Of a stretch of 64,000 bases of DNA, positions 12,201 through 25,700 are shown piece by piece; position 1 is the stretch's first letter, and each line of letters starts with the position of its first letter. The stretch is from Asterias rubens (lineage: Eukaryota): assembly GCF_902459465.1 (NCBI RefSeq), contig NC_047065.1, positions 3,472,001 through 3,536,000 on the forward strand, written 5' to 3'. The notes beneath the pieces were generated by a model. It did no database searches. It saw only the letters and a list, made by a program, of their open reading frames with translations, and was not told the origin of the DNA. Both the position numbers and the translations under genes were made by a program.

Positions 12201-13449
12201 TTATAGTGTCATAGAAAATATCACTACAAAAGGAGAGCAAAAGCAAAGTTTGCTTACCGATAAAAACAACTTTATGAAATGGTACTTTGGCTTGTAACTG
12301 GGCCCACTTCTTGAGCATACAGTTTTGCTTAACGATGTTGTGCTTAGCAAACAAATTAACAGGATACCATTCAGAAATGGTGCATGTGACAAGGTATTTT
12401 GGCTGGTAACTTTATTCTGGTAAGTATAAGTTTGTAGTGCTTAGCTACCTTTGTGTTGTTTTATTCTTATTTTTTTAAATAATTTTTTTTAATGTGTCTT
12501 GTGTTTTGTGATCCAGATTACGATCTCTAGGATCAGCAGCCCTGAATATGTGTCAGGTAGCGAGGGGTGGAGGGGACGTTTACTTTGAGCATGGTATCCA
12601 CTGCTGGGACATGGCTGCTGGTGCTGTCATCGTAACGGAGGCTGGTGGAACAGTCATCGACCCAAAAGGTAAGAGATTACAATTGGACTATTATTAGAAC
12701 TACAAAAAACCTCATGCATAAAACTACTGAAACCTCAGCACAACTAAAGGCACTGGACACTATTGGCAATTACTCAAAAAAACTTACTTGGTAACAAGCA
12801 ATGGAGAGCAGTTGATAGTACAAAACATTGTGAGAAACGACTCCCTTTGAAGTAACGTATAGTTTTCGAGAAAGAAGTTATTTTCCACTAAAATATTTGA
12901 ACTTGATTTGGAGACCTCAGAATTCGATTTTCAGGTCTGAAATCAAGCATCTGAAAGCACACAACTTCAGGTGACAAGGGTGTTTTTTCTTCCATTATTA
13001 TCTCGCAACTGCGACGACCAATTGAGTTCAAATTTTCACAGGTTTGTTATTTTGTGCATATGTTGAGATACACCAAGTGAGAAGACTGGTCTTTGACAAT
13101 TACCAAAGGTGTCCAGTGTCTTTAACGGAGTAATTGAAAAACAGTAGCAGGCCTAGCGACTGGACTAATGATTTAATAGTTGTGACTATGACACTAGTCG
13201 CATTAGTCGCCCAGGGCTTCTCGGTATTAACTTCACTACCGCGGAGTGAGTTCTTAATTGTTCTCACTGTTTTGACAAGCTTGCTCCAGTCATTGTCAGG
13301 CGACTGAATTATTTATCAATTGCAATTGTTTTTTCACTGTAGGTGGGCCGCTCGATTTGATGAAGCGAAATGTAATAGCAGCAAGTTCTCAACAACTAGC
13401 AGAAACTATATCATCATGTCTAACCCACATAGAGTTCCCCAGGGACTAG
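9276..13449 (+). CDS. IMPA1: Inositol monophosphatase 1-like
   Basis: Exons 9276-9362, 10791-10924, 11156-11260, 11379-11533, 12077-12185, 12517-12668, 13343-13449, all phase-compatible. Motifs [38 protein letters not shown] and CWDMAAG are present. Confidence 0.96.
10497..10600 (+). mobile_element. tRNA-derived SINE head
   Basis: TAGCTCAGTTGGTAGAGC (A box) and GGTTCAAATCC (B box), but the acceptor stem does not pair; related copies at about 4310-4395 and 40010-40065. Confidence 0.65.
11928..12000 (+). pseudogene. Degenerate duplicate of the 5' part of IMPA1 exon 5 (pseudo-exon)
   Basis: CCAG|ATATCTGTAAACAGTGTTTAGCCATTGCTGAGTTGGGAAGCAGTCTCGAATAAAGCTCATGTCAAGACCAA versus the real CCAG|ATATTTGTAAATGTTTAGCCATTGCTGAGGTGGGAAGCAGTCGCGATAAAGCCCACGTCAAGACCAA. 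Confidence 0.85.
12744..13125. mobile_element. MITE family A copy
   Basis: Same TIRs and body as 4403-4789, opposite orientation. Confidence 0.8.
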
Positions 13450-13701
13450 TTACAAGTCTAGGGTATTTTGTATTATACTGAAGGTGTAGCCATTTAGTAA
13501 TTTAGCCCAGAAAAAAACAGACAACGAGTGCATACTGTGGTATGCAATACCGGTGCCCGTGCAAACACAGGAGTTATAGGTTAGCACGATATACTGAGTT
13601 TGAAATCTGCCGAGCATGAAAGATTTTTGAGGAATATCTGACGTCCAAAATCAGTACTGTCCAAAACCCACAGCTAGGAAATGTATGCGGCCATGGAATC
13701 T

Positions 13702-14078
13702 TAAATGACACTATTGGTAATTGTCAAAGACCAGTCTTCTCACTTGGTGTATCTCAACGTATGCATCAAATCTGTGAAATTTTGAGCTCAATTGGTCATT
13801 GAAGTTGCAAGATAATAATGAAAGAAAAAACACTCTTGTCACACGAAGTTGTGTGCTTTCAGATGCTTGATTTCGAGACCTCAAATTATAAATCTGAGGT
13901 CTAGAAATCAAATTCATGAAAATTACTTCTTTCTTCAAAACTATGTTTGTTACTTCAGAAGGAGCCGTTTTTCACAATGTTTTATTGGATATCAACCTCT
14001 CCCCATTACTCGTTACCAAGTGAGGTTTTACGCTAATAATTATTTTGAGTAATTACCAATAGTGTCCACTGCCTTTAA
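13702..14078. mobile_element. MITE family A copy
   Basis: Left TIR slightly deleted, right TIR intact. Confidence 0.8.
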
Positions 14079-15160
14079 AGTAGTAGGTTATTACAAGAAA
14101 TATTTGAATTATGGAGGTCTGAAATTTGTCTTACCCTAAACTGGACCCTCGGGACTCTGTATCTGCATGATCTGTGTACAGCACAGAGGAAGAGTCCTAC
14201 ATAGGACTAGGTATCACAGTGTTCAACATTGTACAATGCTTCCACAGTGGGCAATGAAGGCAAATCAGGGGCCACTTTCACAAAGAGCTAAGATTGATGT
14301 TAACTGCAAATCAATCGCGGTTGCTTAAGTCACAATACAAATCACTATGGTGATATTGACAATTTGTCTCAAGATGAATTGTATTGCTATGTGAAATTGC
14401 CTCTGGGCTCTAGGCAGATTTGTTTAGAGTAATACATGTACCTTAGTCAGGTTGTTAGTTGTCACCCATTTGTCAAATGTGAGTAAAAACAGGCAAGTAA
14501 AAACACTGTCATTTGCTGCAAGGCCAATTAGAATTTTGTTAATTAGTCAAACATCAATGTTAACTAGTAAAGTTACAATGTGGGGCGTGGCATGGCTTGG
14601 TGTCAAGCACTCGGGACTCAAGCTCTGGTGTTTCTGATCATCATAGAGTGGTTAGGTGCCGGTCAGGACACTTTTGTTGTCACCCATTCACAAAATGTGA
14701 GTAAAAGCAGGCACAGCAAAACACTTTTATTTGCAGCAAGACCAATTAAAATTTGGTTAAGTAGTCAAACTACAATGTAAACTATGTAATTAAAATGTCG
14801 GGAGTGACATGGCTGAGTTTAGTTTCTGGTGTTTCTGATCATCATAATGTGGGTTTGAGTCCCGGTCTTGACACTAGTGTCCTTAACCTTGCAATGCCCC
14901 ACCCATGTTAAATACTATATGACTGCCATTGGTAACTGCAGGATGCAGTCAGTTGGAAAACATGTACATTTGTACCTCATTACCTCTAAATTATTTCATG
15001 ACCACAAACTGGACAAAGATCCGTCACCAAAAAATAGACATAGAGAATTGAAATATGATGAAACTGCTTTTATACAGTACATCTTTCTTCAGTTGAAATA
15101 ATTTTCCAAAATAAATGAAATAAAGGTTATTCATTACTAGATTACGTATTTACTTGTCAT

Positions 15161-15390
15161 TTAAAGGCAGTGGACACTATTGGTAAATACTCAAAATAAT
15201 TATTGGCATAAACTTGGTAACGTGTAATGGGGAGCTGTTGATAGTAAAAACATTGTGAGAAACAGCTCCCTCTGAAGTGCAGAGTTTTGGAGAAAGAAGT
15301 ACTTTTCCGCGAATTTGATTTTGAGACCTCAGATTTAGATTCACCAATTAAGAAGACCAATTTTACCAATAGTGTCCAGTGTCTAAAGTA
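15161..15390. mobile_element. MITE family A copy, internally deleted
   Basis: Both TIRs are present but the element is only about 230 bp; the body is lost beyond the central hairpin. Confidence 0.75.
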
Positions 15391-16439
15391 TGACTATTCC
15401 TATTATCACATTGCTGTCGAAGCAGTAGTTACATGTAAGTTTAAGTTTTTTGTACTCATGTACCGCATATTGTCAGCTAGGTGATGTTGTTTTTTTAGAT
15501 TATGTTTCAATAAATTGATGTTAAAAGATATTTTCTGTTCTGAACACCGAAGTCATGCTTATTGTGTATTTATATTTAGGCACTATGTAGCGTGTGGCTT
15601 CTGTTATAAATATCAGACATTCATAAATACCCCAGACAGTTTCACTACTCCTATTGGTGGAGAGCGCGTCACGTGGGGGTGTTTAAACCTTTCATAATGA
15701 CCAGCTGGACCTGTGTGTAACAAGCTGGCTTCCGCGTGTCGGGCATGCAAGTTTATCACACGGAACGCAATTCATAGCTATAGTATCAGCGCGTAATCAA
15801 AGCGCGCGCGCATACACACAACCCACGCGCAACGAAGAGATTCTTAACAAAGTTTTGGAATAAAATATTTCAAACCTCGAATTTTCAATTGTTAAAGAGT
15901 CTATAACTGTATTTTTTAACGTTTTTTTAACAAAAGGGCATTTATGAATGGGAATAACAGAGTAGTGACTCGTTCATAAATGTCCGTTTAAAACCTTGCA
16001 GGGTCGTTGCCGTGCGATAAAGGCCCCGACCCTGCCAGCTTTTAACGGCCGTTGAAGAACTCTTCGCTACCCCTTTATTCCCTTAGTAATCATGGCACTC
16101 TACAGACCCTTGGGAGGACATAGTGTTAACATTTACAAACAATACTCTAAAAATGAACACATTTCAAAATAAAAAGGAAAGAAAATTCATTAATCCTATA
16201 TCTTTGAAGTACTGTATACTGTAAATACAGTACAACTTTATTTTGTTCAATGCAAATTAGAGACAAACTCTGGCAATCCAACTAGTCAATGCAAGGAATG
16301 TACATTTGTTTTGCTATGGAATTGTACTGTACAGATCATGCCCAACAGGAAGGGGCCATTCAGATAGGTTCAACATTTAAAATTGTTCTTTGTTGATCTT
16401 ATTTCTTAATTGGTTTGACCCATCTAACCACACCAAATT

Positions 16440-16826
16440 TTAAAGACAGTGGACACTATTGGTAATTGTCAAAGACCAGTCTTCTCACTTGGTGTATCTC
16501 AATATATGCATAAAATAACAAACCTGTGAAAATTTGAGCTCAATTGGTCGTCAAAGTTGCGAGATTATAATGAAAGAAAAAAAGGCCCTAGTCACATGAA
16601 GTTATGTGCTTTCAGATGCTTGATTTTGTGACCTCAAATTCTAAATCTGAGGTCTCAAAATCAAATTCGTGGAAAGTTACTTCTTTCTCGAAAACTACAT
16701 CACTTCAGAGGGAGCTGTTTCTCGCAATGTTTTATACTAGCAACCTCTCCCCATTACTCGTTACCAAGTGAGGTTTTATGCAAATAATTATTTGAAGAAA
16801 CTACCAATAGTGTCCACTGCCTTTAA
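16440..16826. mobile_element. MITE family A copy
   Basis: TIRs and body as at 4403-4789. Confidence 0.8.
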
Positions 16827-17289
16827 ATATTGACTACCCTATACACGTACACTGACATGACCAAATAACAAAGTAATGTCTCAAATTTAGCAGATATTTC
16901 AAATTAAAATTTCAGCCATCTCAGGAGATTTCAATTCAATAGCTTTCTCCTTGCTTCCAACAGGCAACCTATTCTAGTTGCAACCTAAGAGAAAATTCTC
17001 CCCATCCACCGGGAGCAGTAGTCAGCTATTGAAACTAGGTTGACTGTAAACATTTGAACTTCAAAGATAGTTTTTCTATTATTTGAACAGAAAACTTAAT
17101 TTCAATTTTCAGCCATTTCTTTTGACAGATTGAATTTAAAAAAAATTAATGTATTCTGAGTGAACCTTAATGTTGGTATCTGTGGGAGCAGGTGGACTTG
17201 GCAAACTAAGGCAGACTTCATCTACAAAACCAATGATTGAGAAAAAAAGTATACTTACTCATACTAAATACATACTTTATCTTCACACA

Positions 17290-17530
17290 CCACCTCGGCA
17301 GCTCAGATCATCCAACACTTAACTTCTTCTCTTGGGGAGCTCGATCCTTCTCACACTCTGGCCCATCACTGTGGAACGAACTCCCCCCCAAATCTCCGAC
17401 AAGTCACTCCTATTTTTGTGCTTAAATCTTTGTATACGACTTATTGTCAACTTGGTTTGCATCTCTCCTGCGCCAGGAGTGTCTTTTAGACAGACATGGC
17501 GCATTATAAATTGCCACTATTATTATTTAT
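17290..17530 (+). mobile_element. L2-clade LINE 3' tail
   Basis: Translates to WGARSFSHSGPSLWNELP; ends GGCGCATTATAAATTGCCACTATTATTATT. Confidence 0.7.
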
Positions 17531-17700
17531 ACTAAAGTTGCACTGTGAAATTTTCATGAACTTCTACACCTCAAAGAAGACTTCAACACTCCAACAGACT
17601 TGAAAATCAACCCACAGATCAAAAGTAATAAACATGTTCCAAAATAGAACAAAGGAATGTCCACATAATATTTATAACGATGAATATAACGTTGGGAGTG

Positions 17701-20700
17701 TCACCTGAGTTGTTGGTTCTGTCTGGCCGCTTTAAATCGAGACACTTTCTTGGGCGGGGCTGGTGGTTCGCTACTGGTAGGAGGCAAGTTTACTACTTCA
17801 GGAACGACCCGTGTCTCCTCTCTTTCTGTTACTTGACCTGAGAATGCCTGCATTTGGAGGGAAAGTCAAGACCTTTACCAGGTTGTTCTTTATTTACACA
17901 CGGTTAATTTGCATGCAGTTATGTAGTGTTGTAGGTCTCAAGATCGACTCAATACCCGATTTGTTGTTGAGGTCTTAACTGCTTCCAGGTCTAAATTTTG
18001 TAGACTCCGTCTTAGTCTCAGTTTTGTGTCGAGACCTTTCAAAGTGTTCACAATATCATGGCTATGCTTACCGCCGAATTCTGCGCTTACGATCACGATT
18101 CCCCGCTTACGTGCAAGCGCTGAATTTCTGCGCTTGCCTTGTAAGCGTAGAATGCCTAGTAACGTGGAGCACGCACGCGCAGAAGCCAAAATTCACCGCT
18201 AACCCGTGAAATATGCTTGACGTAAGCAGAGTTCCATGCTTCCGTAAAGCGCCAAATCTGTGCTTACGGTAAGCAGATCCATGAAATTGGGCCCTGATTT
18301 ACTGTAATTTTTAAGCTGATAAGCTGATCTTTAAGCTGATCTTGTGGCCAAACAAATTGGTCTGGTCTTGACCTAAACCACTGCAAATAATGTCATCACT
18401 TTAAACTTACCGAGGGTGGAGCTGGGAGTATCACATGATTTTTTGCCTCCTTTTTCTGCATCCCTTCTGGCTCCTCTGGTGCCCTAACCAGATGGGATCT
18501 TGGCCCACTCTTGAGAATTGATTTTAACAGCTGACCCTTCCCATGGGTTTCATCACAAGGTGCAGCTTCTTCAAGTGAGGTCCCTCCCCCTGGATTCTGA
18601 CCCATTGTAGTTAGGTACTGCTTGTAAATGTCTGCAGGGCTGAGAAGTGTCGTTGAGATTTCAGAGGGAGCACAGGCAGAGGGCGATTCCTTTGCAACAG
18701 GTGTCTGAAACGGAAGTTGAAATATGCCGAGAACGTCATTCTTTGCCATTTTTGTTGTACTTAGTGCAGAACAAGGAAAATTACATGGAATTAGAGAGTA
18801 TACAAGACCCAAAAATATGCATACCTCGGTATCCGTGACAGCCTTGGTATGCCTGAAGGTGATTGTAGTCGGCTTAGGGTCAGCAGTGTCATCGTCTGAG
18901 TCTGATTCTTCATATTCATCATCTTCCCATCGAACATGCCGACCTGTGTCATCCCCACTCTGAGAATTGTTGGGATTTTTACTAGGTACAGTGTTTTCGT
19001 CTTGTCTGAACAGGAAAGGAGAGAAAGAGAGGAGAAAATAACAGTGTAAGCTTGTATTTTGTAAGGACCTCTCATTTCCACCACCCCATGCGTACAACCC
19101 ATCCCCATTACAATGCACACCCAGACACCAGTGTCCAGACTAGCTGTCTGGGACTAGACAAATTTATGTGTTTTAATTATTTAATGACCTCTGTATAAAC
19201 ATTCTATTTTCCCATACTATTCATTCTTCTCTAGTCTACTCTCGTCGACAGACCCTCCTGGTTAGCCCGATCCAGTGTTCTTCTCTCTAATCCTGCCTTC
19301 TCTTTACTGATCTTGTACTCTTCCACAATCTTCGTTAAGCCTTATACAGTTCTTAAAAAAAAAAATATTCTGTATATCTAGCCCAAAAAAAAGAGTCTTT
19401 ATCCGAGTTTTATTCTTAAGTGTTATCGGCCAAGTTTAATCGTGACACCTGCAAATTTTCAAGTGTTACAACAGCAATGACGTTAAAACACCCTCGGGCC
19501 TCAAAACATTTCAGCTAACGAAGATATCACCAGACCATGTTCCTACACCAGAGCACTTGGACCTTGGCATTTGATTTGTTGACTTTAACTCACCGCTGTG
19601 ACCTACACCTTGACCTGTCAAAATGGCACATCTCAAACATGAGCTACAATCCGGCAACTCCAATTTCGTAGACAGTTCCAGTGCCTACCAATTTTTTGTT
19701 TTCATTAGTTGTACAATACAGGTTAACCAAACACAGGAATCAGACAGACATGTCTACGCGTTACAGTGCATAGACCACTTTTGTTTTTTTTGCCTTGGAT
19801 TTGTTACCTGGAAGGAATGTTAATAATGATTTCACACGCCAACTTACCGCGCCAACTCGTCTAATTCTTCTTCCTGTCTTTCGAGCTCGTCCAACCTCGC
19901 CCACAACTCAGTCATTCTCCTCCCTGTTGCGTCTGCTTGGTCCCCCTCCTCCACTCTCCCCCTGTCCCCCTCCCCCTCCTCCCTCGTCTTGGCTCCACCT
20001 TCTGAGTTGTGCGATGTGATGGCCTGCCCTCGACCACCAATCAATGGTTGATTTGACCCCTGACCCATGTCCCCTTGATGACTCTCTGAGCTCTTGCTCT
20101 TTGTGACGCCTGAAGCCGCAGTTTTCTTCTTTGCTTTTCGTTCCTCTTTAAAGTTAGAAAAAGTTCATAAAAACAAGTTAACAAGTTAAAAAATAATAAT
20201 TAAAAAATGCTTTTTTTGCTACATTTTATCCAATAACTTAACAATAACAATGCAAAAAATAACTTAAATCCTGGATTAATAATTGGCATGAGTGATTTAC
20301 TAATCGTCCGGGCAATTTGCTATTGTGGCCCATGCGGGATACTTCCCCACTGCCCACCCTTGGTGCTTTAGTTTGTAATAATCTATACAAAGTAATACCT
20401 CTGAAAATGAACAAGAAGTTTTCAATGGCTTTTCCTGGCATAAAGGCCCCATGAAATATTTAATGAAGACTGACCTCTCCATCTAGCCTCCTTCTCAGCG
20501 TCGTAGTCCTCTCTAATGTCAACAAGATCACCCTTGTTATCGCTCATGTCTTTTAGTTCTGATGTAAAACCAAGCCTGGATTTCAAGAGATCTGACTGCT
20601 TGGCTAGATCTGAGAGCATGCTGTCCACATCTGTAGATAAAAATTGAAAAATAAATAGTTAGTGAGCTGATGCTTCTACCCTGCAGAGTTTTTCTCGACA

Positions 20701-22492
20701 CCTTGGTCAAGCAGTTAGCTTTCTAGGTGGTTATTCATCAAGCATCAAGCGCCCGAAGACTTACAAAATAAAATGGGGGAAGGGAAATTACCGTAGCTAA
20801 GTCTCTATCGCACAAATAATAATTCTGTGTTAAATTATTGCTTTTTTAATATATATCTAGTTTGCCCCAAACAAGGCTGCAAGCCAGTCTTGGTTAGGGG
20901 CTACAACAAGAACAAATTTAAGATAAATACAAATAATTTTTTTAATTTGCCTTCCACTTATGAGTCTCATGGTTTGTCAGAATAATCATTTTTTGTCATA
21001 AGAATTGCCTTAAAGCCATTATACACTTTTGGTACAGAAAAAAAAAAGGTCACAGGTTTACAAATAGTTTACAGGGTTTACAGAAGGTAATGGTGAACGA
21101 CTTCTCTTGAAATATTATTCCATGAAATGCTTTACTTTTTGAGAAAACATTAAAACAATATCAATTCTCGATATCGAGAATTACGGATATATTTTAAACA
21201 CATGTCATGACACGGCGAAACGTGCGGAAACAAGGGTGGGTTTTCCCGTTATTTTCTCCCGACTCCGATGACCGATTGAGCCTAAATTTTCACAGGTTTG
21301 TTATTTTATATATAAGTTGTGATACACAAAGTGTGGGACTTGGACAATACTGTTTACCGAAAGTGTGTAATGGCTTTAAAAAATGAAATCAGCATTTGCT
21401 ATTTATTTTGCGCAAACCAATGCCAGGTTTAGAGCCAGAAGTAGCCTATATATTTTTTGTACATTGGATGAGCACAAAGTGAAAAACTGAACGTTAATGA
21501 TTAGTACATTAAAAATTCCTCTTTTGACTACTTACTTTCTTTCCTTCTGTCAACTATTTCACAAGCCTGCTTAGCGGATCTTTCACAAAACCAGTTGTCC
21601 CCGAGTAGAACCATGATTTCATTTGTGTGTACGATTTGGCCAGGCATGAAGGCAACAGATCCAAATGGAACCTGGTAGTGATAAATAAGCAGCCAGAATA
21701 ATACCAAGAATAATATCATTTATAACACACCTCTTGCTTTTTCTGTGTTCTGGTTGGCTGAAACACGGTACGTAGGATGAACTAATATAGGCTAGTGATC
21801 GCATGCGCGTGTTTTGCGGGAATTGACATTTTCTGTGAATATTTACCATGATATTATGAGACACTTTGTCAGGCAGAGATCTGAGCCTGTCTTGAAGTGC
21901 AGTGTAGTCATCTTTAAACTTCTCCCTGTCAATAAAAAGCATACAACGGACATTTAATTAAGCTTTATATCTAACAATAACATCAAACATGATGGTTTTG
22001 TCTCTCTTGATCCGGCCCCATCTGTGTGTAAAAAAAATTATTTATATTTGTGTACATATTATATTATTATTAGGCATAAATAAATAAGGGTAACTTTTCG
22101 TAAGGAGCCAACAAATTTGTACAAAAAAAGACATTGAGGTAAATTATTTCTATGTAGAATGAAAAAGTGGTGGCGCCATACAGAAACTTTTCCAACAAAA
22201 ATATGATTTATCATAAATCAACAATAACAAAACTAATTGCAAATTACAATATCTGTGCTGCAGTAAATTGTGGCTGTTGCATTTATAAAAATGTTGGGCA
22301 CAATCTTTGAACATTGGAAGGGATTAAAAATAAAAAGAAGAAAAACAATTAATTTATTTTTTTGAAAGGATATGTAAAAAATAAATCATAAAATGTCAGA
22401 AAATTCACTCACCATTTCTTAGTTTTCGACTCTGTTTCGTCCAAGCATCGTTCAATCTCTTCCTTCAGACGAGATACGTGTGCAGGGTCCAT
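17701..22492 (-). CDS. URI1: Unconventional prefoldin RPB5 interactor 1 (URI1/RMP)
   Basis: Exons 22492-22413, 21925-21847, 21671-21536, 20630-20475, 20145-19848, 19005-18825, 18704-18411, 17847-17701, all phase-compatible. Prefoldin-alpha motif IMVPFGSVAFMPGQIVHTNEIMVLLGDNWF, ELWARLDELERQEE, an acidic tract, TITFRHT, and C-terminal AFSGQVTE...KKVSRFKAARQ. Confidence 0.95.
21010..21378. mobile_element. TTAA-flanked MITE family B (Kolobok-like)
   Basis: TTAAAGCCATTATACACTTT ... AAAGTGTGTAATGGCTTTAA; second copy at 61048-61420. Confidence 0.8.
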
Positions 22493-22726
22493 GATATTGT
22501 CACAACAAATCTCAAGCTATGCTCAATTTACGGAAGAAAATTAAATGTATTTCTGCCTGGTTTAGACCGCCGGCCCCCCGTGCACAGCATGCAGCAAAGT
22601 TGTGAGTGAAACAGCCGTCGAATTTTGTTTAGGAATTACGCCGCGTTTCATTGGGCGATGTTGAGCAGGTAAAATCCAAGTGTCCAATGAAATCTTCGAA
22701 TGTATAAGAGACTCGGCATTGCAAAG
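22493..22726. promoter_or_regulatory. Putative bidirectional promoter URI1/MRPL3
   Basis: Divergent ATGs only about 235 bp apart; CpG-rich; YY1-like AAGATGGCGGC overlaps the MRPL3 start codon. Confidence 0.7.
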
Positions 22727-25700
22727 ATGGCGGCGCCCATGGTGATCACACGGGTAATACAACTTGGCTCGAAAAACTCACTTTTAAACCTTACTGAAAA
22801 GATTTCAAGGTATGTATTATGTATGCTCTGTTTCATCATTTCTTTATCTTCGAACTTACCATAACTGTTAACTGTTATCAATAGCGCCCATGCCACAAAC
22901 ATTACATTTGTTGTTGAACATTTTGTTGTTGAATTGATATCAATTCAATGTTCGTGCGCGTCCCGTCACTCATGCCCGTGTGCTGTGCGGATGGCGGTTC
23001 ACTCATGTGCAGTTGGCATTGTTGGGCTTGTCACTGTTGTTGTGAAGAGTGATGGTGGGATATGGATAGATGAGAACCCGATAGATGGTGGAAGGGCTGA
23101 ATCAACTTCGGTTAAATAATTTTAGAACTTGAATGTAAAAAAAAAAACACTATATGACAATACAATGAGTATGACTATGCTGTCCCTTATTTTTAATTGT
23201 ATTTTGTTTTTTTGTAAGCTTTTTGAAATGTTTAAAACAAATTCACCACAGTCTGTATGTGCTATGCAGGCCTAAAACTACACACACCTGTACACGCAAT
23301 GTAGTAGTGTAATCCTATTCCCAACCTATTAAATTGACTTTGCGGAGTCGGCGTAGAAGTTGTGAGTGAGTCAAACTCAATATAAAGATATCTGCAAGTA
23401 ACAGCCTGCAAGCCAGACTAGTCCCGATAATGATTGCTCCTAAATCAAAAAGTTCTCTCCGTAGCATAGCAGGCTCACCCAATGTTTAAACAATCATGAC
23501 TCCATCTACTCCTACCTTCTAGAACGATGAGGTTTGCCCCTATCGTCCCCACGATAGTGAAACAAACCCTATACGGCCATTTTTATAGTTCTAGGAGTAG
23601 CCCCCATCATGCACACATTAAATTAAATTACAAACTTGCACTGGCAACAGTCGGGAGGATCAAGGTTTTTACTCAAAGTGAAAACTTCTTACTTTTTTTC
23701 TCAGAATATGCAGCTGCAGTGTCCAGAGACGAACATATTACGACTATGATTACGAGTCGGACATCTCTAAAGAAGACGAAGAAGTTATATACAAGTGGAG
23801 CAAGATCAAGAACACCCTAGGGCCTAGCCCGCTAAAAGAGGCACCCTGGCCGAGGGGCGAGTGGGTACCCAAGTCTAAGAGATGTGGCCTGCTAGCCATC
23901 AAGCTGGGTATGACGCCCATATGGACTAAAGAAGGCGAGAGACTTACAGTCACAGCACTACAGGTATGAAATTATAGTTTACTCTAATTTTTAACTCAAC
24001 TGTTTAGAGAATCCATCTTCTGCACAGGTTCATCAAAGTTGCGGAATCTCCCTAAGTCGTTTAAGTTTTTTAACTTTGTCAAACAAAAACTTACTAGCCC
24101 AAATGCTTGAAGTTCTCTTTGCTAAAGTGAAAGATTTATCTGGACGTTTTTTTTCTAAGGACATTGCAGTGGAGTTGGATCCAGAAGGATTGAAGCCATA
24201 GTGGGTTTAGAAGGAATAGACACCTGGCACAGGATGTCACAAGACCCAATTAGTGCCCTCACTGAGGTCAATCAAGACCTACCATTGGCTGAGAGTTATG
24301 CATGGTCGACCGACCTCAGCCCTGCGATGGCTGCCAATGCAAGGGGTCTATTGGGGTCGTTAGGCGGTATTTGACATAAGAGAAAAGAGATAGGTTGGGT
24401 TCTTATGCAGCTTTGTCAAGTTTGGTTTCAGGCCCCAATTTTCTAGGGCGCATATATATTTGTATCGTTAGCAAGACTGTGATAGTTTACAATGTTAAGA
24501 AATATTTCTGGGTTTACTTTTTCAGGTAGTGGAGAACAACGTCATTAGTTACACACCTCCCGAGGAGAATAAATTCAGTGACACAAAAGGCTACCTCATT
24601 GTTGGTGCCAGGAACGCCAATCCCCTCAAGGTATTTTATCTTTTAAATGATGCAATTATGTAACTGTACTGTTAGAGACACTGAACACTATCCCTGTATA
24701 TTGTTTGTAGTGTTGTCATTTAGCCTTCCAGAAAGACTCTGCAGGGGTCAAAGTTTAAGGCCACTAACTATCGGTCATCGGCCCTTTGGGTATGTAGGCA
24801 GTTTGCAACAGCTACAACTATTTTTTCATAACTTTGTTTTTCAAAGTAATATTGGTAACGATTATTGCCATCGTATTACTGACACTTTATAACTGTTTGC
24901 TTCCAACAGAAATCATTTTTCTACTCGGAGCAGTTTAAGGAGGCAGCAGTACCAGTGAAAGATCATTTAGCAAAGTTTAATGTGACGCCAAATGCCAAGT
25001 TGCAGCCAGGTACGTATGTGTAGAAGGTCACCAGCCATGGTTCGAATCCCCTTTTGACCAGAACCTTGCATGTGGATTTGGTATTTAGTCCCGATTAATC
25101 TAGACACTTTCATATGATGTAACAAGCCCATAACAGCACAACAAATTTGCTTTGCAAAGATATTTTACCAGGCAGAACACCATTACCATTAGTGCTACCG
25201 GTGTGGCGGTTTCAACTTTCGGCTGTGACCAGTTTTCCGAATGACCAAATGCGGTAGCATTACGTCATGCGATGCCTGCGCACAGCAAGCGAAAGTAGTC
25301 CATTTTTAGTGCCATATTGAGTCATCCGTTACCCTCCGGTAGCTGTCATGGCGGCGTGCACGAGTCTAGTACAACTAGCGGCAAAAGCGTGGATGGTATG
25401 AGTTGTTTCTTATGTAAGCAGAGTGTGACCTGCCTAAAGTTGTACCCATGAATACATGTAAGAGATTATGTGACTATACACATAAAAGAATCGTAATAAT
25501 AAACAATTTGGGGTCACTGCTGAGAGAACTACAGTACTTGCCAGGGTACTCGCGGCGGTATCTGACAGGTCACCCGGAAAACTGAACACGCCGGAAAGCT
25601 AAAACCGTTAGAACAACGTGATGATATGTTCGACTACGTCACCCGGAAAACCTAACACGGCGGAAGACTGAAACCGCCACACCGGTACCCCTGTCTTTTC

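Noticed and set aside
19225-19354. Purine-rich exon-like stretch in URI1 intron 5 (LTKIVEEYKISKEKAGLERR...)
   Set aside because: No acceptor/donor pair keeps it in the required phase 2 without a stop; at most an exon relic.
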